This document shows, one piece after another, positions 38,711 through 49,934 of a stretch of 64,000 nt of DNA (positions are counted from its first letter, which is position 1; every line of letters starts with the position of its first letter). Under the pieces are notes generated by a model. That model did not search any database and was not told where the DNA came from. It saw only the letters and a list, made by a program, of their open reading frames with translations. A program made the position numbers and the translations under genes. The stretch lies in IMG/VR virus record IMGVR_UViG_3300022856_000004. The stretch is one strand, 5' to 3'. Source of the DNA: an uncultured virus (IMG/VR IMGVR_UViG_3300022856_000004). Its lineage: Duplodnaviria; Heunggongvirae; Uroviricota; Caudoviricetes.

Positions 38711-41700
38711 TTAAAACGTTATTCGTGATACCCCATCATTAATTATATGTAAATAGTTATCCATATAATCCTTAATAGAATCTATATGTGATATAACAAC
38801 TATATTACTATAGTATTCACGTAACATATCAAATACATCAGGTATTTTACTTAGGTTATTGACATCTAAAGCACCAAAACCCTCATCAATCATCAAAAAA
38901 TCTATAGATATATAACTTGAAATCCTATATAATGCAACTCGTGTAGCAATATCAATTATAAATGATTCCATTCCACTTGCAAGTCTAGAATCTCTATATG
39001 TTCCATTATGCTCTATATAATGATCTATATTACTACCATTCAATACCATTTTTATATTAAAGTCAACCATACCATGTATTATATTATTAGTCTCTATATT
39101 TATAATATCAATCATAGTGTTTAATATATAAAGTTGAATTCCATTTCTAGATAATAATTCGGAGTAGGATTTGTATATGTGATGTTTCTTCGATAGATCT
39201 GATATTTCTATTTGTATATTAGTTAACCTATCAATATTATCATTTTCTTTATATATATCAAGATTCAATTTGGATATTATATTATCAATCTCATCACGTT
39301 CATCCTTATAACTCTTAATTTTTATATTAGTATTTTCTATACGTGACATGATTATATTGTTATTATCTATAATATCTTTATTATTAATTATAGTATTCTT
39401 ATCTTGTTGTAATTCATTTAATTTGGACGTTATTTTATCTACTTCTAATTTCAACTTAGATAATTTATCGGTAGAACTTATAAGTTTATCCTTATACAAT
39501 TCAACCTCAGACTTTTTTTCATTATAGTTATCTATGATAGTCATATGCAAATCGTACTCTACTAATAGACCCTCACCCACAAGTAATTTATTTTCTAAAA
39601 CTTCTATTTCAGATTCCAACTTAGTTATTAATGTGCGTTTAGTTTCTATATTGTCAAAATAAAGTTTATTATTATTTACACAATGACTGCATTCTGGATC
39701 GTAATCATAATCCGAAAATTTATCTATCTCAGATGTGTATGATTTGATCAATTGTTTTTTTGAAATTACAATTTGTTTATTTGATTGTATATCCAATTTT
39801 AAATTTGAATTTGACTTTATAAATTCAATTGAATTATTATACGTTTCTAATAACTCACCCATATCTAATTTTATAGACTTTATTTTATTATTATATAATT
39901 CTATAGATTCATTACAACCATCAATATCAATAGAACCCAATAAATCATTATTAGTTTCAATTAAACTATCAATATCACTAACACTCATATCAACCGTAGT
40001 TATATCAGTTATATTTGACTTTTGAATTGATATATAATTAACAAGTTCATCTATATTATGATTTATATTATGTATATTATTTTTTTGAACTTCTAATTCT
40101 GATGTGTGTGCTTCTATATTCAGTTTGGAATTATTAATTTCAAAGTTTATATCTATGTTCTTATGTACATTCAATAAATTAGAAAATCGTTTAACTTCAT
40201 CATCAACTGAGGATTTTATATCTTCAAAAATATCAATATTTAAATATTTTATCAGTAAATCTTTTTTTTCGGATTGTGTTAATTTTGAAAATTTAAATCC
40301 ATTATCTTGTGATAAGAATGTAGTCATCAAGAAATCATCTATATTACCTATATATGATTGTATTATTTTATTAGTAGATGAACGCTTATCACCATTAAGT
40401 TTATCTTGTAACGTATAAAAATCTACTTTTACAGATACAGTTCCATTTTTAGACCTACTACCATAACGTTCTATATAAAATAATTCATCATTTATAACGA
40501 TTTCTATTTTAACAAACATCTCATCTGAGCTTATGTTCATAACATCAGCTGATTTTGTAGTTCTTCGAGTTGTGTCAAATATAGCAAATGTTATTATATC
40601 TAATATTGATGATTTTCCAGTTTGATTCTCTCCAATTATACCTAATATACCAGGTGTGTAACTTGAAAAATATATATAGTTATCTTTACCATAAGAAAAC
40701 ATATTATCAAACCAAAGTTTAGATATACTTATATTTCTTACTGATGTATCTACATTATCCATCTTATAATTATCAATGTGCAGATCAACTATAGAATCAA
40801 TATCACTATCAGTTATATTATCTTTGTTTGATAACATTTCACGTATAACATTACATTGATAATCAACATCTAACATGTTATTTGATTGTATTCTATCGGA
40901 TACTATCAGTTTACTATTATCAGAATTTATCAACTCCACACTACCAATATCAACACCCATCATACTTAACGTGTCACGTACCTCAATTGCATTAGCTATG
41001 TTACTTGTGGTATGTGGTATTCTAACCTTGTAGTTGGGCTTAATACCATCTAAAACTATATTATTAACATCAACAGTATAAAACCCATAATCATTAGTAA
41101 TATCAAATGGTACTATTTGCATACCAACCAAATCCCATATCAATCCACCATGATCACCACAACTCTCTGAGAAATTTTGTTGGATTAATGACCCAGCATA
41201 CGCAATGTTATTATCTAATATTTGTCTTTTATGTATATCACCTAATAACACACAATCATATTTAGAGAATATGTCTATTTTGACATTTGAACGTGATGGT
41301 TCTCCTGTATCATATACACAACCACTAATATCACCATGATACAAACCAACATTTATTTTAGAATCATCTATATAATCTATATGTGTTTTATCATAAAATG
41401 GAATATGACAAAAATTTATATTGTCTATAACCAAATTTTCATTACCAAATAAATAATGTATATGTGTATCTGTAGAATCATTTATAGCATTTATAATAAC
41501 TGATAGTGGATTGTCACGACCCATATTTTTCTCATTTAAATCATGATTACCTGGTATAACAACTAATGGTTGTAATCTAGACAGCTTATATAAAAAGTCA
41601 TATGTTATAGATATTAATTCAGATGATATATCCAACTTGGAATGTAAAATATCACCTGTCAATACAGTTACATTATTGCCTGTTTGGTTACTTATAAAGT

Positions 41701-41794
41701 TATATAATTTATCAAATATAACATTATATTCGTTATGTCTATTGTGAAGTCGAATATGTATATCCGATATATGAATTAGCTTATCGATTACCAT
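38711..41794 (-). CDS. Fused Mre11/SbcD nuclease - Rad50/SbcC ATPase (gp47-gp46-like)
   Basis: Phosphoesterase motifs SDIH, GD, GNHD, YHG and GDIH are followed by GENQTGKS, LSQ, a CSHC hook, ASG.E, IDEGFGALD and ISH. Confidence 0.92.
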   Translation of the reverse strand: MVIDKLIHISDIHIRLHNRHNEYNVIFDKLYNFISNQTGNNVTVLTGDILHSKLDISSELISITYDFLYKLSRLQPLVVIPGNHDLNEKNMGRDNPLSVIINAINDSTDTHIHYLFGNENLVIDNINFCHIPFYDKTHIDYIDDSKINVGLYHGDISGCVYDTGEPSRSNVKIDIFSKYDCVLLGDIHKRQILDNNIAYAGSLIQQNFSESCGDHGGLIWDLVGMQIVPFDITNDYGFYTVDVNNIVLDGIKPNYKVRIPHTTSNIANAIEVRDTLSMMGVDIGSVELINSDNSKLIVSDRIQSNNMLDVDYQCNVIREMLSNKDNITDSDIDSIVDLHIDNYKMDNVDTSVRNISISKLWFDNMFSYGKDNYIYFSSYTPGILGIIGENQTGKSSILDIITFAIFDTTRRTTKSADVMNISSDEMFVKIEIVINDELFYIERYGSRSKNGTVSVKVDFYTLQDKLNGDKRSSTNKIIQSYIGNIDDFLMTTFLSQDNGFKFSKLTQSEKKDLLIKYLNIDIFEDIKSSVDDEVKRFSNLLNVHKNIDINFEINNSKLNIEAHTSELEVQKNNIHNINHNIDELVNYISIQKSNITDITTVDMSVSDIDSLIETNNDLLGSIDIDGCNESIELYNNKIKSIKLDMGELLETYNNSIEFIKSNSNLKLDIQSNKQIVISKKQLIKSYTSEIDKFSDYDYDPECSHCVNNNKLYFDNIETKRTLITKLESEIEVLENKLLVGEGLLVEYDLHMTIIDNYNEKKSEVELYKDKLISSTDKLSKLKLEVDKITSKLNELQQDKNTIINNKDIIDNNNIIMSRIENTNIKIKSYKDERDEIDNIISKLNLDIYKENDNIDRLTNIQIEISDLSKKHHIYKSYSELLSRNGIQLYILNTMIDIINIETNNIIHGMVDFNIKMVLNGSNIDHYIEHNGTYRDSRLASGMESFIIDIATRVALYRISSYISIDFLMIDEGFGALDVNNLSKIPDVFDMLREYYSNIVVISHIDSIKDYMDNYLHIINDGVSRITF

Positions 41795-42722
41795 ATAATA
41801 CCTTTAATTTTATTAAATCAGATTTTTTGATTAATTTTGAATTTTGAACTCTAACTTTCATTTCTTCATATCCATGTTCAGATGGGTCTTTATCCCCTAA
41901 CTCACAAAAATACACATTTATACCTATTGATATTAACATATTTATATAACCAAGTGTACTTCTCATAGCATCTGGGTCTAAGCACATAACTATATCTTTT
42001 ATGTCATTATCATATATATAAGACATAGTGACATCAGATATTACTTTACCTAATAATGGTGTTGAATTTTGCTTAATAGCTATAGAATCAAACATACCCT
42101 CACATAAAACTATAGGGTGTGTTGGTGATAATAAATGCTCAAATATTATAGATGTTGGTTCAGAATCTGGTTTTTTGTGAGTTATAGACTTAGTATCTAA
42201 TATAGATCTACAATAATAATAATTTAATTTGTAGTCTGAGTTGTATGATGGTATAATAACCATATTATCATATACACCCACATCCGAGTAGCCTATATTA
42301 TATCTTATAATGTCTAAATCCGTAATCTTTCGATTGTCAATTAGATACTTATATAATTTATTCTCTTTATGGGAATTTATCCCATTAGTCAATGACTTAT
42401 AGCCAAATGGTAATTTTACATTTATATTATTCTTTGGTTGTGATTTGAATGTTATTCTGTGATTTGATACTATAGATTTTAACTCTTCAAAATACCTATA
42501 GTCTACATTTGATTTAGCAAATAAAGTGAATATATTATATCCACCATACTCAGATACCCAACAATTCCATTTATAGTTTCCGTCACTATCTGGTTGTAGT
42601 TTGATGCATAGTTTTGGTTTGGTGTGATTTACAAACGGAGAATAAAAGTAATAATTACCATTACTTACCGATTGATGCTTACCATATACTTTTTCTAAAA
42701 GATTTAAAAGTTGTAAATTCAT
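41781..42722 (-). CDS. DNA primase (DnaG-like TOPRIM)
   Basis: Degenerate Zn-ribbon SPF..H...CW, plus CEGMFD, CLDPDA and KDPSE motifs. Confidence 0.88.
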   Translation of the reverse strand: MNLQLLNLLEKVYGKHQSVSNGNYYFYSPFVNHTKPKLCIKLQPDSDGNYKWNCWVSEYGGYNIFTLFAKSNVDYRYFEELKSIVSNHRITFKSQPKNNINVKLPFGYKSLTNGINSHKENKLYKYLIDNRKITDLDIIRYNIGYSDVGVYDNMVIIPSYNSDYKLNYYYCRSILDTKSITHKKPDSEPTSIIFEHLLSPTHPIVLCEGMFDSIAIKQNSTPLLGKVISDVTMSYIYDNDIKDIVMCLDPDAMRSTLGYINMLISIGINVYFCELGDKDPSEHGYEEMKVRVQNSKLIKKSDLIKLKVLYGNR

Positions 42723-42726
42723 AATA

Positions 42727-42758
42727 CAAACTTACGAAAAAGAAATCATATATACAAA
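42727..42758 (-). promoter_or_regulatory. Bacteroidota-type sigmaA promoter (TTTG-N20-TAAGTTTG) for primase/SbcCD, likely giving a leaderless mRNA
   Basis: Full match to the -33 TTTG / -7 TAnnTTTG consensus. The ATG is only 4 nt downstream. Confidence 0.85.
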
Positions 42759-42765
42759 TTATATA

Positions 42766-43197
42766 TTAATTCATAGTTGATCTATAAAATTTTCGAATTA
42801 TATTCTCGTTTAAATATTCAAATTCACCAGTAGGTAATTGCTTTGTTAGTACATCATGTTTAACTTGATATTCCATCTCAGCATAGTTCAATTTAGATTT
42901 GTTATCGAAACATTCTATAATATCAAATATAAACTTATCCTTTCCATATTTTTTAATTTGGGATTTTACGTTTGTAGATGATGATTCATAGTATTTCCAA
43001 TCACTCTCTTTAACTACTATTTTTTTATTCTTTCTACCAACTATTTTTTTCTTAGTTGTAGACCAAAATAATTTTATACCTATATATTTCTGCTTAGTTT
43101 CTGTATTTGTTATCAGATATAGAAATCCCTTATAATTAGATATATCATCAGGAACATTAGTCCATTTAGTCTCTACTTTTATTTTACGTTTGGCCAT
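42766..43197 (-). CDS. GIY-YIG-like nuclease
   Basis: GFLYLITN...KYIG.K and ESDWKYYESS motifs. Confidence 0.75.
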   Translation of the reverse strand: MAKRKIKVETKWTNVPDDISNYKGFLYLITNTETKQKYIGIKLFWSTTKKKIVGRKNKKIVVKESDWKYYESSSTNVKSQIKKYGKDKFIFDIIECFDNKSKLNYAEMEYQVKHDVLTKQLPTGEFEYLNENIIRKFYRSTMN

Positions 43198-46100
43198 TTC
43201 TATGTTTATATTTTAACTTAACTCTCATATTAACTTGTGTTTCAAAGTCTTTTTTTGTAGGTGTACTCATCTTACCAACAGCTAATAACTCATGATTATC
43301 ATTATACAAACCAACTGTACTGATATATGTAGTTGGATTAACCTCAAATGATTTATACATTAAATTCCCGATTGAACCAGTTATAAACGTTGGGTTATTA
43401 GAATAATTAAAGTGATTCTGATTTATATGTAGGTTTATATATTTAGTAGTTTCTATCTCTATATTTCTTGCTGAAAATCCATGAGTTGTAGTTCTAACAT
43501 CTGTTATTGGTGATGCTGCACCAGATATGGACGTATATAATCTATAAGCATTGTCATAATTTGTATATCCTTCTAATGGAGCTGAGTTGTAAGTCAAAAA
43601 CCCAGATGATGTATCTAAATACTCACCATTCAAAACCATAATCCCCAATGTAGGGAATATCTGACCAAATGTATTTCTAGTATCATTTGTTCCAAGTGTA
43701 AAATTACCACTATACACACCATTGGTTATAGAACCAGAGTATATTTCAAAATATGGAACTCCACCAATTTCCTTAGATGTAGTTATAAATGTATGGTTGC
43801 TATCATAAGAATCATCAATTAAAGTAGTTATATTACCTATACTATAATTTGTATTATGATCATCTATAGCATCAGTATCAAATTCTAAATATAAGTTTGA
43901 TGATGTATATGTAGTTGGATCTAACCCACCAGTATAAACTCTTTTATTTTCTGTTATATCTAATGAATAAATTACATTTTGGTATTGACCATCATTATAT
44001 GTAATTGATAATTTATCACCATCTGGGTGAATAGCCATACCACTAAAAGGGGCCTCTACAGTTGTAGCTGAATATTGTTCTAATGTTAAATCAGCTCTAT
44101 ATGTAAATGTATCAGTTACATTGTCAATTTCAAAAAAGTGGGTCGATGCATCTGTATGATCAACCACAATTAAATAGTCTGAATCTGGTGTGAATGTCAA
44201 CTCTGATACCGTTCCAATCGTATTTCCAATTACACTTACATTTTCATTAGAGTATGAATCATCCGTAATTCTATAGATGTTAATGCCATGTACTAAATAG
44301 TTTCCATCTGGTGAGTATGCTATATTATCCGAATACCCACTTGGCTGTTCGTTTATAGTTATAGATGAAGTTGTATATACATCACTATCATTTTTATATA
44401 TAATTAAGTATGGTGTATTATCCTGTGATATAGCTACATGTGTATCGGTTGAATTACATGCTATCCCCTGTACAAAACTATCAGCGTGTTCAGTTATAGT
44501 AATACCACCACTATCTACTACATCACTAACTATATCGAATGCCGATAAGTATGGTGTTGCTCTACCACCTATATATATTCTATCATTTGAACTTATACAT
44601 GTTGGTCCACTTGTTATACCTGAAAGTTGAGAATTATCTATACTTTGTGTATTAAAGAATTCGGATGATTTCTTTGCTATAATAACTTCATTTTCACCTA
44701 ATCTGTTCTGAATTGCATATACTTCATCTGAAGTGAACTCCAATATGGAATTCTGACCTACACTATCAAAGTTATGTGTTACAACACCAGAATCGTATTG
44801 ATCTGTTGATGAGTTATACTTTAGTATATAATTATCAATCACACCAGACCCGCTACTATACGAATAATAGTTTCCTAATGGTGAAAATCTTGGATCACTA
44901 ATATCATTGTATAATGACGAAGTAAATCCTTGATATAAACTAGAATCATTTATATAATTTATAGTATTATACGTACCAGATCTGCCAATTAACCCTAACG
45001 ATAACTCCCAGTTACCTGGATCCAACATATCCTTTAATTTTCCATTTGCAAAGTTAATAAAATACGCATTTTCAAATCTATCGGATGTTCCATTTGCTAT
45101 ACTCTCAGGATCATAGTTACTATAGAATGCATCATAAGAATCACCCAAACATAATAATCTGTATTTGTGATATACAGCGTAAGGTATATTTGGTATCTTA
45201 CCATTATCAGAAGTTACTAAATCAGTACCTTTTCTATGACCCCAAGAAACAGAGTACATTGGTGTTTCATTATTATCTTCATCGTAATTTATAATATTAT
45301 AATTGTATTCTTTTGAACTTTCGTTCTGTAAACTAGAAGTTATATGTGTATATAAACTTCCAGTTACATCACCCCATAATGGTTCAGTTTTAATATCTTT
45401 ATTTTCGATGCGTATTCTACCAGAATCTATTCTGTTATAAACATAAGCACTTGTTTTTGTTGTTGTGACTTGGCTTGGTTGTTCATATATACCATCCGTA
45501 TATGAATTATTAAATGTTTGTTTATTATCTTGTACTACGGTACCATTTAATAAATCACTTTGCTTTTCTATAAATACATTTCCATCTTTATTAGTAGTTA
45601 CTATATCACCATCTTTATTAGTAGTTACATTACTACTACCACCACCCAAATCACCATATGATATATACTTTAATGAATCATCAGTTGTATTGGTATTAGT
45701 ATTTGTGTTTGTATTTGTATTTGAACCACCTGAACCGTTAGAATTATTTGAATTATTATCTATGTTATTACCAACCGAATCATCTATATTATCAATTATA
45801 GATTTAGCCATAGACCAATATTTATTGGTTTTGACTAATAATTCAATTACACTTTTATTTAATTTTACATTGTATCCATACTTGTGGAATGAATGCTCAT
45901 ATATAGTTGGTTTTTGATGTGGTAAATATTGTCTTTCTACTAACTGTCTTCCAGAATATCCTTCTATTGGATGACCTACTAAACCTGGTTCATATTTACT
46001 TGGACTATAAGATGTAAATATAGAACCCTCTACATCTCTATCTATTGGGTATGCATGTGATCCAAGTTTACCACTTGAATTTTCCTCGTCTGAATAATCA

Positions 46101-47068
46101 ATTGCTTTTCCAAATGAAGTTCTACCTGTACTAATATAATTCCCACGCTTAGCAAACATAGGATACCAAATAGTACCATCATATCTGACACCATCTCCAT
46201 CATCTAATTGGATCAATTCATATTTAGTCATATCTATAAATGAAAATGTAAGTGCGTGATCAACTGCATTTGTATGACAATACGAAAAATATATACAGTA
46301 ATTATATTGTGAATCATATATATAACCATATGTAGTTACAGGTGTACCCATACCATAATCTGATGTTTTTATTAATCCATTAGATACATTATAATCTGAT
46401 TGTAAATCTTTTAGTATTGGTGTGTTCGTATAACTATAACAATACATTGGCAATAATGTACCATTATCAGTATATAGTATATCTCTATGTGGAACATCAT
46501 ATAACGAATCACCTATCCATTTTTTCCATCTTTCAGTCATTGTCTTCTGAGGTGGATAACCAAAATATAATGGAGTTTTTCCACCATTAAGAGTATAATT
46601 CCAATCATATAAATGACAAGTATTTCCATCTACAGTGTTACGTGTTTCTTTAGAGAAATTTTGTTCTGGTAAATTTATATCAAGTGGTGTATCGTGTAAT
46701 ACACGTGTTCCACCAGCTAATTGAGTTGATTCATAACCAGTCTTACCATAATTCCATATATTACTCATATAGTTCCAAACTATATTATATGCATGTTGAT
46801 AGAATCCTCTATAATATGTAGGATCACCCTTCTTGATTTGACTTACAATTCCAATTCTATTCTTATGAGTATTAGCAAGTCCACTGGGCTCTTTTATTTT
46901 ATAAGGTAAGTTCTGGTTATCCAATGCTGGTCCAAATGAATTAGCATTGGAATAATCCAAATCAATATGTGGATTTATATATTGTTTATCATTAGGATTC
47001 AACCATATTGGATCAGGAACCAATCCAGTATCTTGAAGACCACCTTTTATAGCATTAAACATTCCCAT
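43184..47068 (-). CDS. Baseplate/fibre-attachment family paralogue with beta-propeller-like insertion
   Basis: LDPGNW and NYSNNPTF...TYISTVGLYN...LLAVGK. Blade-like repeats AYSPDG, FTPDS and IHPDG. Confidence 0.7.
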   Translation of the reverse strand: MGMFNAIKGGLQDTGLVPDPIWLNPNDKQYINPHIDLDYSNANSFGPALDNQNLPYKIKEPSGLANTHKNRIGIVSQIKKGDPTYYRGFYQHAYNIVWNYMSNIWNYGKTGYESTQLAGGTRVLHDTPLDINLPEQNFSKETRNTVDGNTCHLYDWNYTLNGGKTPLYFGYPPQKTMTERWKKWIGDSLYDVPHRDILYTDNGTLLPMYCYSYTNTPILKDLQSDYNVSNGLIKTSDYGMGTPVTTYGYIYDSQYNYCIYFSYCHTNAVDHALTFSFIDMTKYELIQLDDGDGVRYDGTIWYPMFAKRGNYISTGRTSFGKAIDYSDEENSSGKLGSHAYPIDRDVEGSIFTSYSPSKYEPGLVGHPIEGYSGRQLVERQYLPHQKPTIYEHSFHKYGYNVKLNKSVIELLVKTNKYWSMAKSIIDNIDDSVGNNIDNNSNNSNGSGGSNTNTNTNTNTNTTDDSLKYISYGDLGGGSSNVTTNKDGDIVTTNKDGNVFIEKQSDLLNGTVVQDNKQTFNNSYTDGIYEQPSQVTTTKTSAYVYNRIDSGRIRIENKDIKTEPLWGDVTGSLYTHITSSLQNESSKEYNYNIINYDEDNNETPMYSVSWGHRKGTDLVTSDNGKIPNIPYAVYHKYRLLCLGDSYDAFYSNYDPESIANGTSDRFENAYFINFANGKLKDMLDPGNWELSLGLIGRSGTYNTINYINDSSLYQGFTSSLYNDISDPRFSPLGNYYSYSSGSGVIDNYILKYNSSTDQYDSGVVTHNFDSVGQNSILEFTSDEVYAIQNRLGENEVIIAKKSSEFFNTQSIDNSQLSGITSGPTCISSNDRIYIGGRATPYLSAFDIVSDVVDSGGITITEHADSFVQGIACNSTDTHVAISQDNTPYLIIYKNDSDVYTTSSITINEQPSGYSDNIAYSPDGNYLVHGINIYRITDDSYSNENVSVIGNTIGTVSELTFTPDSDYLIVVDHTDASTHFFEIDNVTDTFTYRADLTLEQYSATTVEAPFSGMAIHPDGDKLSITYNDGQYQNVIYSLDITENKRVYTGGLDPTTYTSSNLYLEFDTDAIDDHNTNYSIGNITTLIDDSYDSNHTFITTSKEIGGVPYFEIYSGSITNGVYSGNFTLGTNDTRNTFGQIFPTLGIMVLNGEYLDTSSGFLTYNSAPLEGYTNYDNAYRLYTSISGAASPITDVRTTTHGFSARNIEIETTKYINLHINQNHFNYSNNPTFITGSIGNLMYKSFEVNPTTYISTVGLYNDNHELLAVGKMSTPTKKDFETQVNMRVKLKYKHRNGQT

Positions 47069-47079
47069 TTTTATTTTCC

Positions 47080-48771
47080 TTATATATCAAATCTACATAC
47101 AAATGTCATATCGACATCATTTCTTTTTTTAATAGGTCTAGCCAATTTACCAACTGCTAATAACTCATAGTTATTATTGTAAAATCCAATTGTAGTTATA
47201 TACGGACTAAATTGATTACTATGTATTGTTTCTTTAACTACACCATCACCATTATCTGGATTAACTAATATAGTTTCATTCATAGTAGTATTATAATCTT
47301 TCATATTAACTCTACACATCATCTCATGTTCATATAACTTCACCGTTGCTTTATATGACATATCAAACCCATTGGATTCACTAGTACCAGTAAATAAATA
47401 GTTATATTTTGGTCTAGGATCGGACATTGCGATTATACCAGTGTCATAGAACACATTACCTATTATATTTGTTTGGTAAGCCGATCCAGTTAAAAAATCA
47501 TTATTATATAAATAACCAACCTCACCAGATGTCAAAACTCTATCATATAATCTATATTCATCTATAGACCCAGATAAATATGAATTTCTATTCGCTAATG
47601 AACCTATATAAATATTGGATTTATTGGATACTTTACCATTAGAGTTATCACTAACTTGTACATCTAACTCACCATCAACATATAATTCTATATTACCACT
47701 ATTCTTCTGTAAAACTATGTGGTGTTGACTACCAGTTAATATATTAGATGATGTAATAGTAGTTTCTGCTGTTCCACCGTATCTTGATATACCAAGTTTA
47801 CCATTAAAACTATTATTTGAATTATATATATACACATCAAATGGATATTGAGTATAAGTGCCTTCCACGTCACGAAAATCTATAGTGCCTTTATTCTGAT
47901 TGAATACTTCTTCTATATCATAAGTTCGTTTGGATATTATATAATTTTTTTCGTATTCTAAATCAAATTGTGTATCTGGAATATCTATCCAAAATGACAT
48001 AGCAAAATCATCTTCTAATACAAACTTATCATTATTCTGTATAATGATTGATGATGATACACCACTAAAGTCAGCTTTATATCCACTTTGACTTATAACA
48101 TTACCATGTGTATATATACCATTAGAAAACCCAACACTACCAATTACATCAGCATGCTTTTTATATTTGGAATTATCTAAACATATATCACGATTAATAT
48201 CGGTTAAATTTTGATGTGAGAATTTCTCATTAAACCCATAATAGAATATTAAGTTATCATCACTAATTATATAACTGTTTGATAAACTAGTATCAATCAA
48301 ATTCAAATCAGAGTCATCAATGAAATTTATATCATATCCACTTGATTTGTCGGTTATAGAAACACTACCACGCTTAATAGAATTCCCAAATTTCTTTTGT
48401 GGCACGGATATTATACTTGCACTACAATATAGAGTTCTATTTGTATTTATATTCTGATTGTTTAAATGATTATAATCCCAATCATTAGAACCTTGATAAT
48501 AGTTATGTCGTAATGAATACCAACTAACATGAACATCAAATTGATTATTGTTTTGTACTGGATTATAACTATTAGTTTCTAATGGTGGTATATCACGTCT
48601 ATATATACCGTGTTGTGGAAATATACACTTTATAACACTATACCCACTACCACTATAATTCGATTGATTTAATGTGTAGCTTTTATTAGCTTCAAATGGA
48701 GTGATGTTTATATCATTATCACCAAACATTTTGAATACTATATTATTTCCATTTTTAGTATTACAAGACAA
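47080..48771 (-). CDS. Baseplate family paralogue with LamG insertion
   Basis: HHIVL..LYVDG..GSIDEYRLYDRVL, with C-terminal PYITTIGFYN...LLAVGKL. Confidence 0.75.
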   Translation of the reverse strand: MSCNTKNGNNIVFKMFGDNDINITPFEANKSYTLNQSNYSGSGYSVIKCIFPQHGIYRRDIPPLETNSYNPVQNNNQFDVHVSWYSLRHNYYQGSNDWDYNHLNNQNINTNRTLYCSASIISVPQKKFGNSIKRGSVSITDKSSGYDINFIDDSDLNLIDTSLSNSYIISDDNLIFYYGFNEKFSHQNLTDINRDICLDNSKYKKHADVIGSVGFSNGIYTHGNVISQSGYKADFSGVSSSIIIQNNDKFVLEDDFAMSFWIDIPDTQFDLEYEKNYIISKRTYDIEEVFNQNKGTIDFRDVEGTYTQYPFDVYIYNSNNSFNGKLGISRYGGTAETTITSSNILTGSQHHIVLQKNSGNIELYVDGELDVQVSDNSNGKVSNKSNIYIGSLANRNSYLSGSIDEYRLYDRVLTSGEVGYLYNNDFLTGSAYQTNIIGNVFYDTGIIAMSDPRPKYNYLFTGTSESNGFDMSYKATVKLYEHEMMCRVNMKDYNTTMNETILVNPDNGDGVVKETIHSNQFSPYITTIGFYNNNYELLAVGKLARPIKKRNDVDMTFVCRFDI

Positions 48772-48783
48772 TGTATATATCTC

Positions 48784-49926
48784 CTACCAATCTAGTTTAC
48801 ATTTTATAATATACTCTTTGTTGAACGACTTTAATTTCGGAGTGCTAACTTTTGCAACTGCTAATAATTCATTAGAGTTATTATACAAACCAACCGTAGT
48901 TATATATGTATTTGGATTTTTATAAAAAGAAGGATACTTTATATTTCCTTGTGACCCAGTTAAAAATGTTGGGTTATTGGAATAATTATAATCCATATTC
49001 TTAATTCTACTAAAATAGTATGTAGATGTCATTATTTCTGATGCTCTACCTTGAAATGCATTATCAGAGTCAATTACAGTTGAGCCAGATATAGATGTGA
49101 ATAATTTCCAAGAGTTATCACCGTTAGCGTTTGAACTTGTAACCGTATTGAATGATAAATCAGAATTTAACTTGGTGGCATCTAATACCAACATACCTTT
49201 ATCTGGATAAAATAAACCATAATATGTATTTTCATCATACACACCATTAGATAAACTACCAGATTTTATATTATAAACTCGATTCATACCATTTAATAAT
49301 TCAGTTGTATTATCATAATCATCAGAATCATCGATCAAGGTTATAACTTTATTTGAAGAACTAACACTAACATTAGAACCAGTATATACATTATTTGCGT
49401 GACTACCACCATTTAACTCAGCTAATGATATTTGCCAATTACCTGGATCTAACCGTTCTTTATATCTATTTCTAGCTATATTTATGATGTATATGTGGTC
49501 TGTATTAGAAGAATCCCCCATTGTAAATGTATCATCAGAAGGTTCTAATAGGAGTTGTTTATATTGACTATATATAGCTTTTGATGGCTTATCATTTAAA
49601 TTGTTATCTCCTGAATAACTACCACTACCAAATCTATGACCATAAACAACATCAAATTGTTTTTCTGATAAACTATCAGATGCATCTAATTGATGTATAG
49701 AGTAGTAATAATTTGTAGATGTATTATTTGCGTTTGAATTTGTATAGTAAGTAGTTAACTCTATTTGGCTATTTGACCATAATGGAGATGTAACTAATTC
49801 TCTTTGATTTTCTATTATATCACCAGATTTAAACTTACTGAATACCTTACCAGATTGCATTAATTGCTCTGAAAGGTTTAATTCATTCATAAGGTTCTGT
49901 GCTATTACCTGTGCGTTATCCATCAA
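48784..49926 (-). CDS. Baseplate family paralogue (minimal form)
   Basis: LDPGNW, NYSNNPTF and TYITTVGLYN..ELLAVAK motifs. Confidence 0.7.
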   Translation of the reverse strand: MMDNAQVIAQNLMNELNLSEQLMQSGKVFSKFKSGDIIENQRELVTSPLWSNSQIELTTYYTNSNANNTSTNYYYSIHQLDASDSLSEKQFDVVYGHRFGSGSYSGDNNLNDKPSKAIYSQYKQLLLEPSDDTFTMGDSSNTDHIYIINIARNRYKERLDPGNWQISLAELNGGSHANNVYTGSNVSVSSSNKVITLIDDSDDYDNTTELLNGMNRVYNIKSGSLSNGVYDENTYYGLFYPDKGMLVLDATKLNSDLSFNTVTSSNANGDNSWKLFTSISGSTVIDSDNAFQGRASEIMTSTYYFSRIKNMDYNYSNNPTFLTGSQGNIKYPSFYKNPNTYITTVGLYNNSNELLAVAKVSTPKLKSFNKEYIIKCKLDW

Positions 49927-49934
49927 TTAGTTCC

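Noticed and set aside
45684..45785. (NT)n / Asn-rich microsatellite-like tract
   Set aside because: It is an in-frame low-complexity linker with mixed codons, not a phase-variable repeat.
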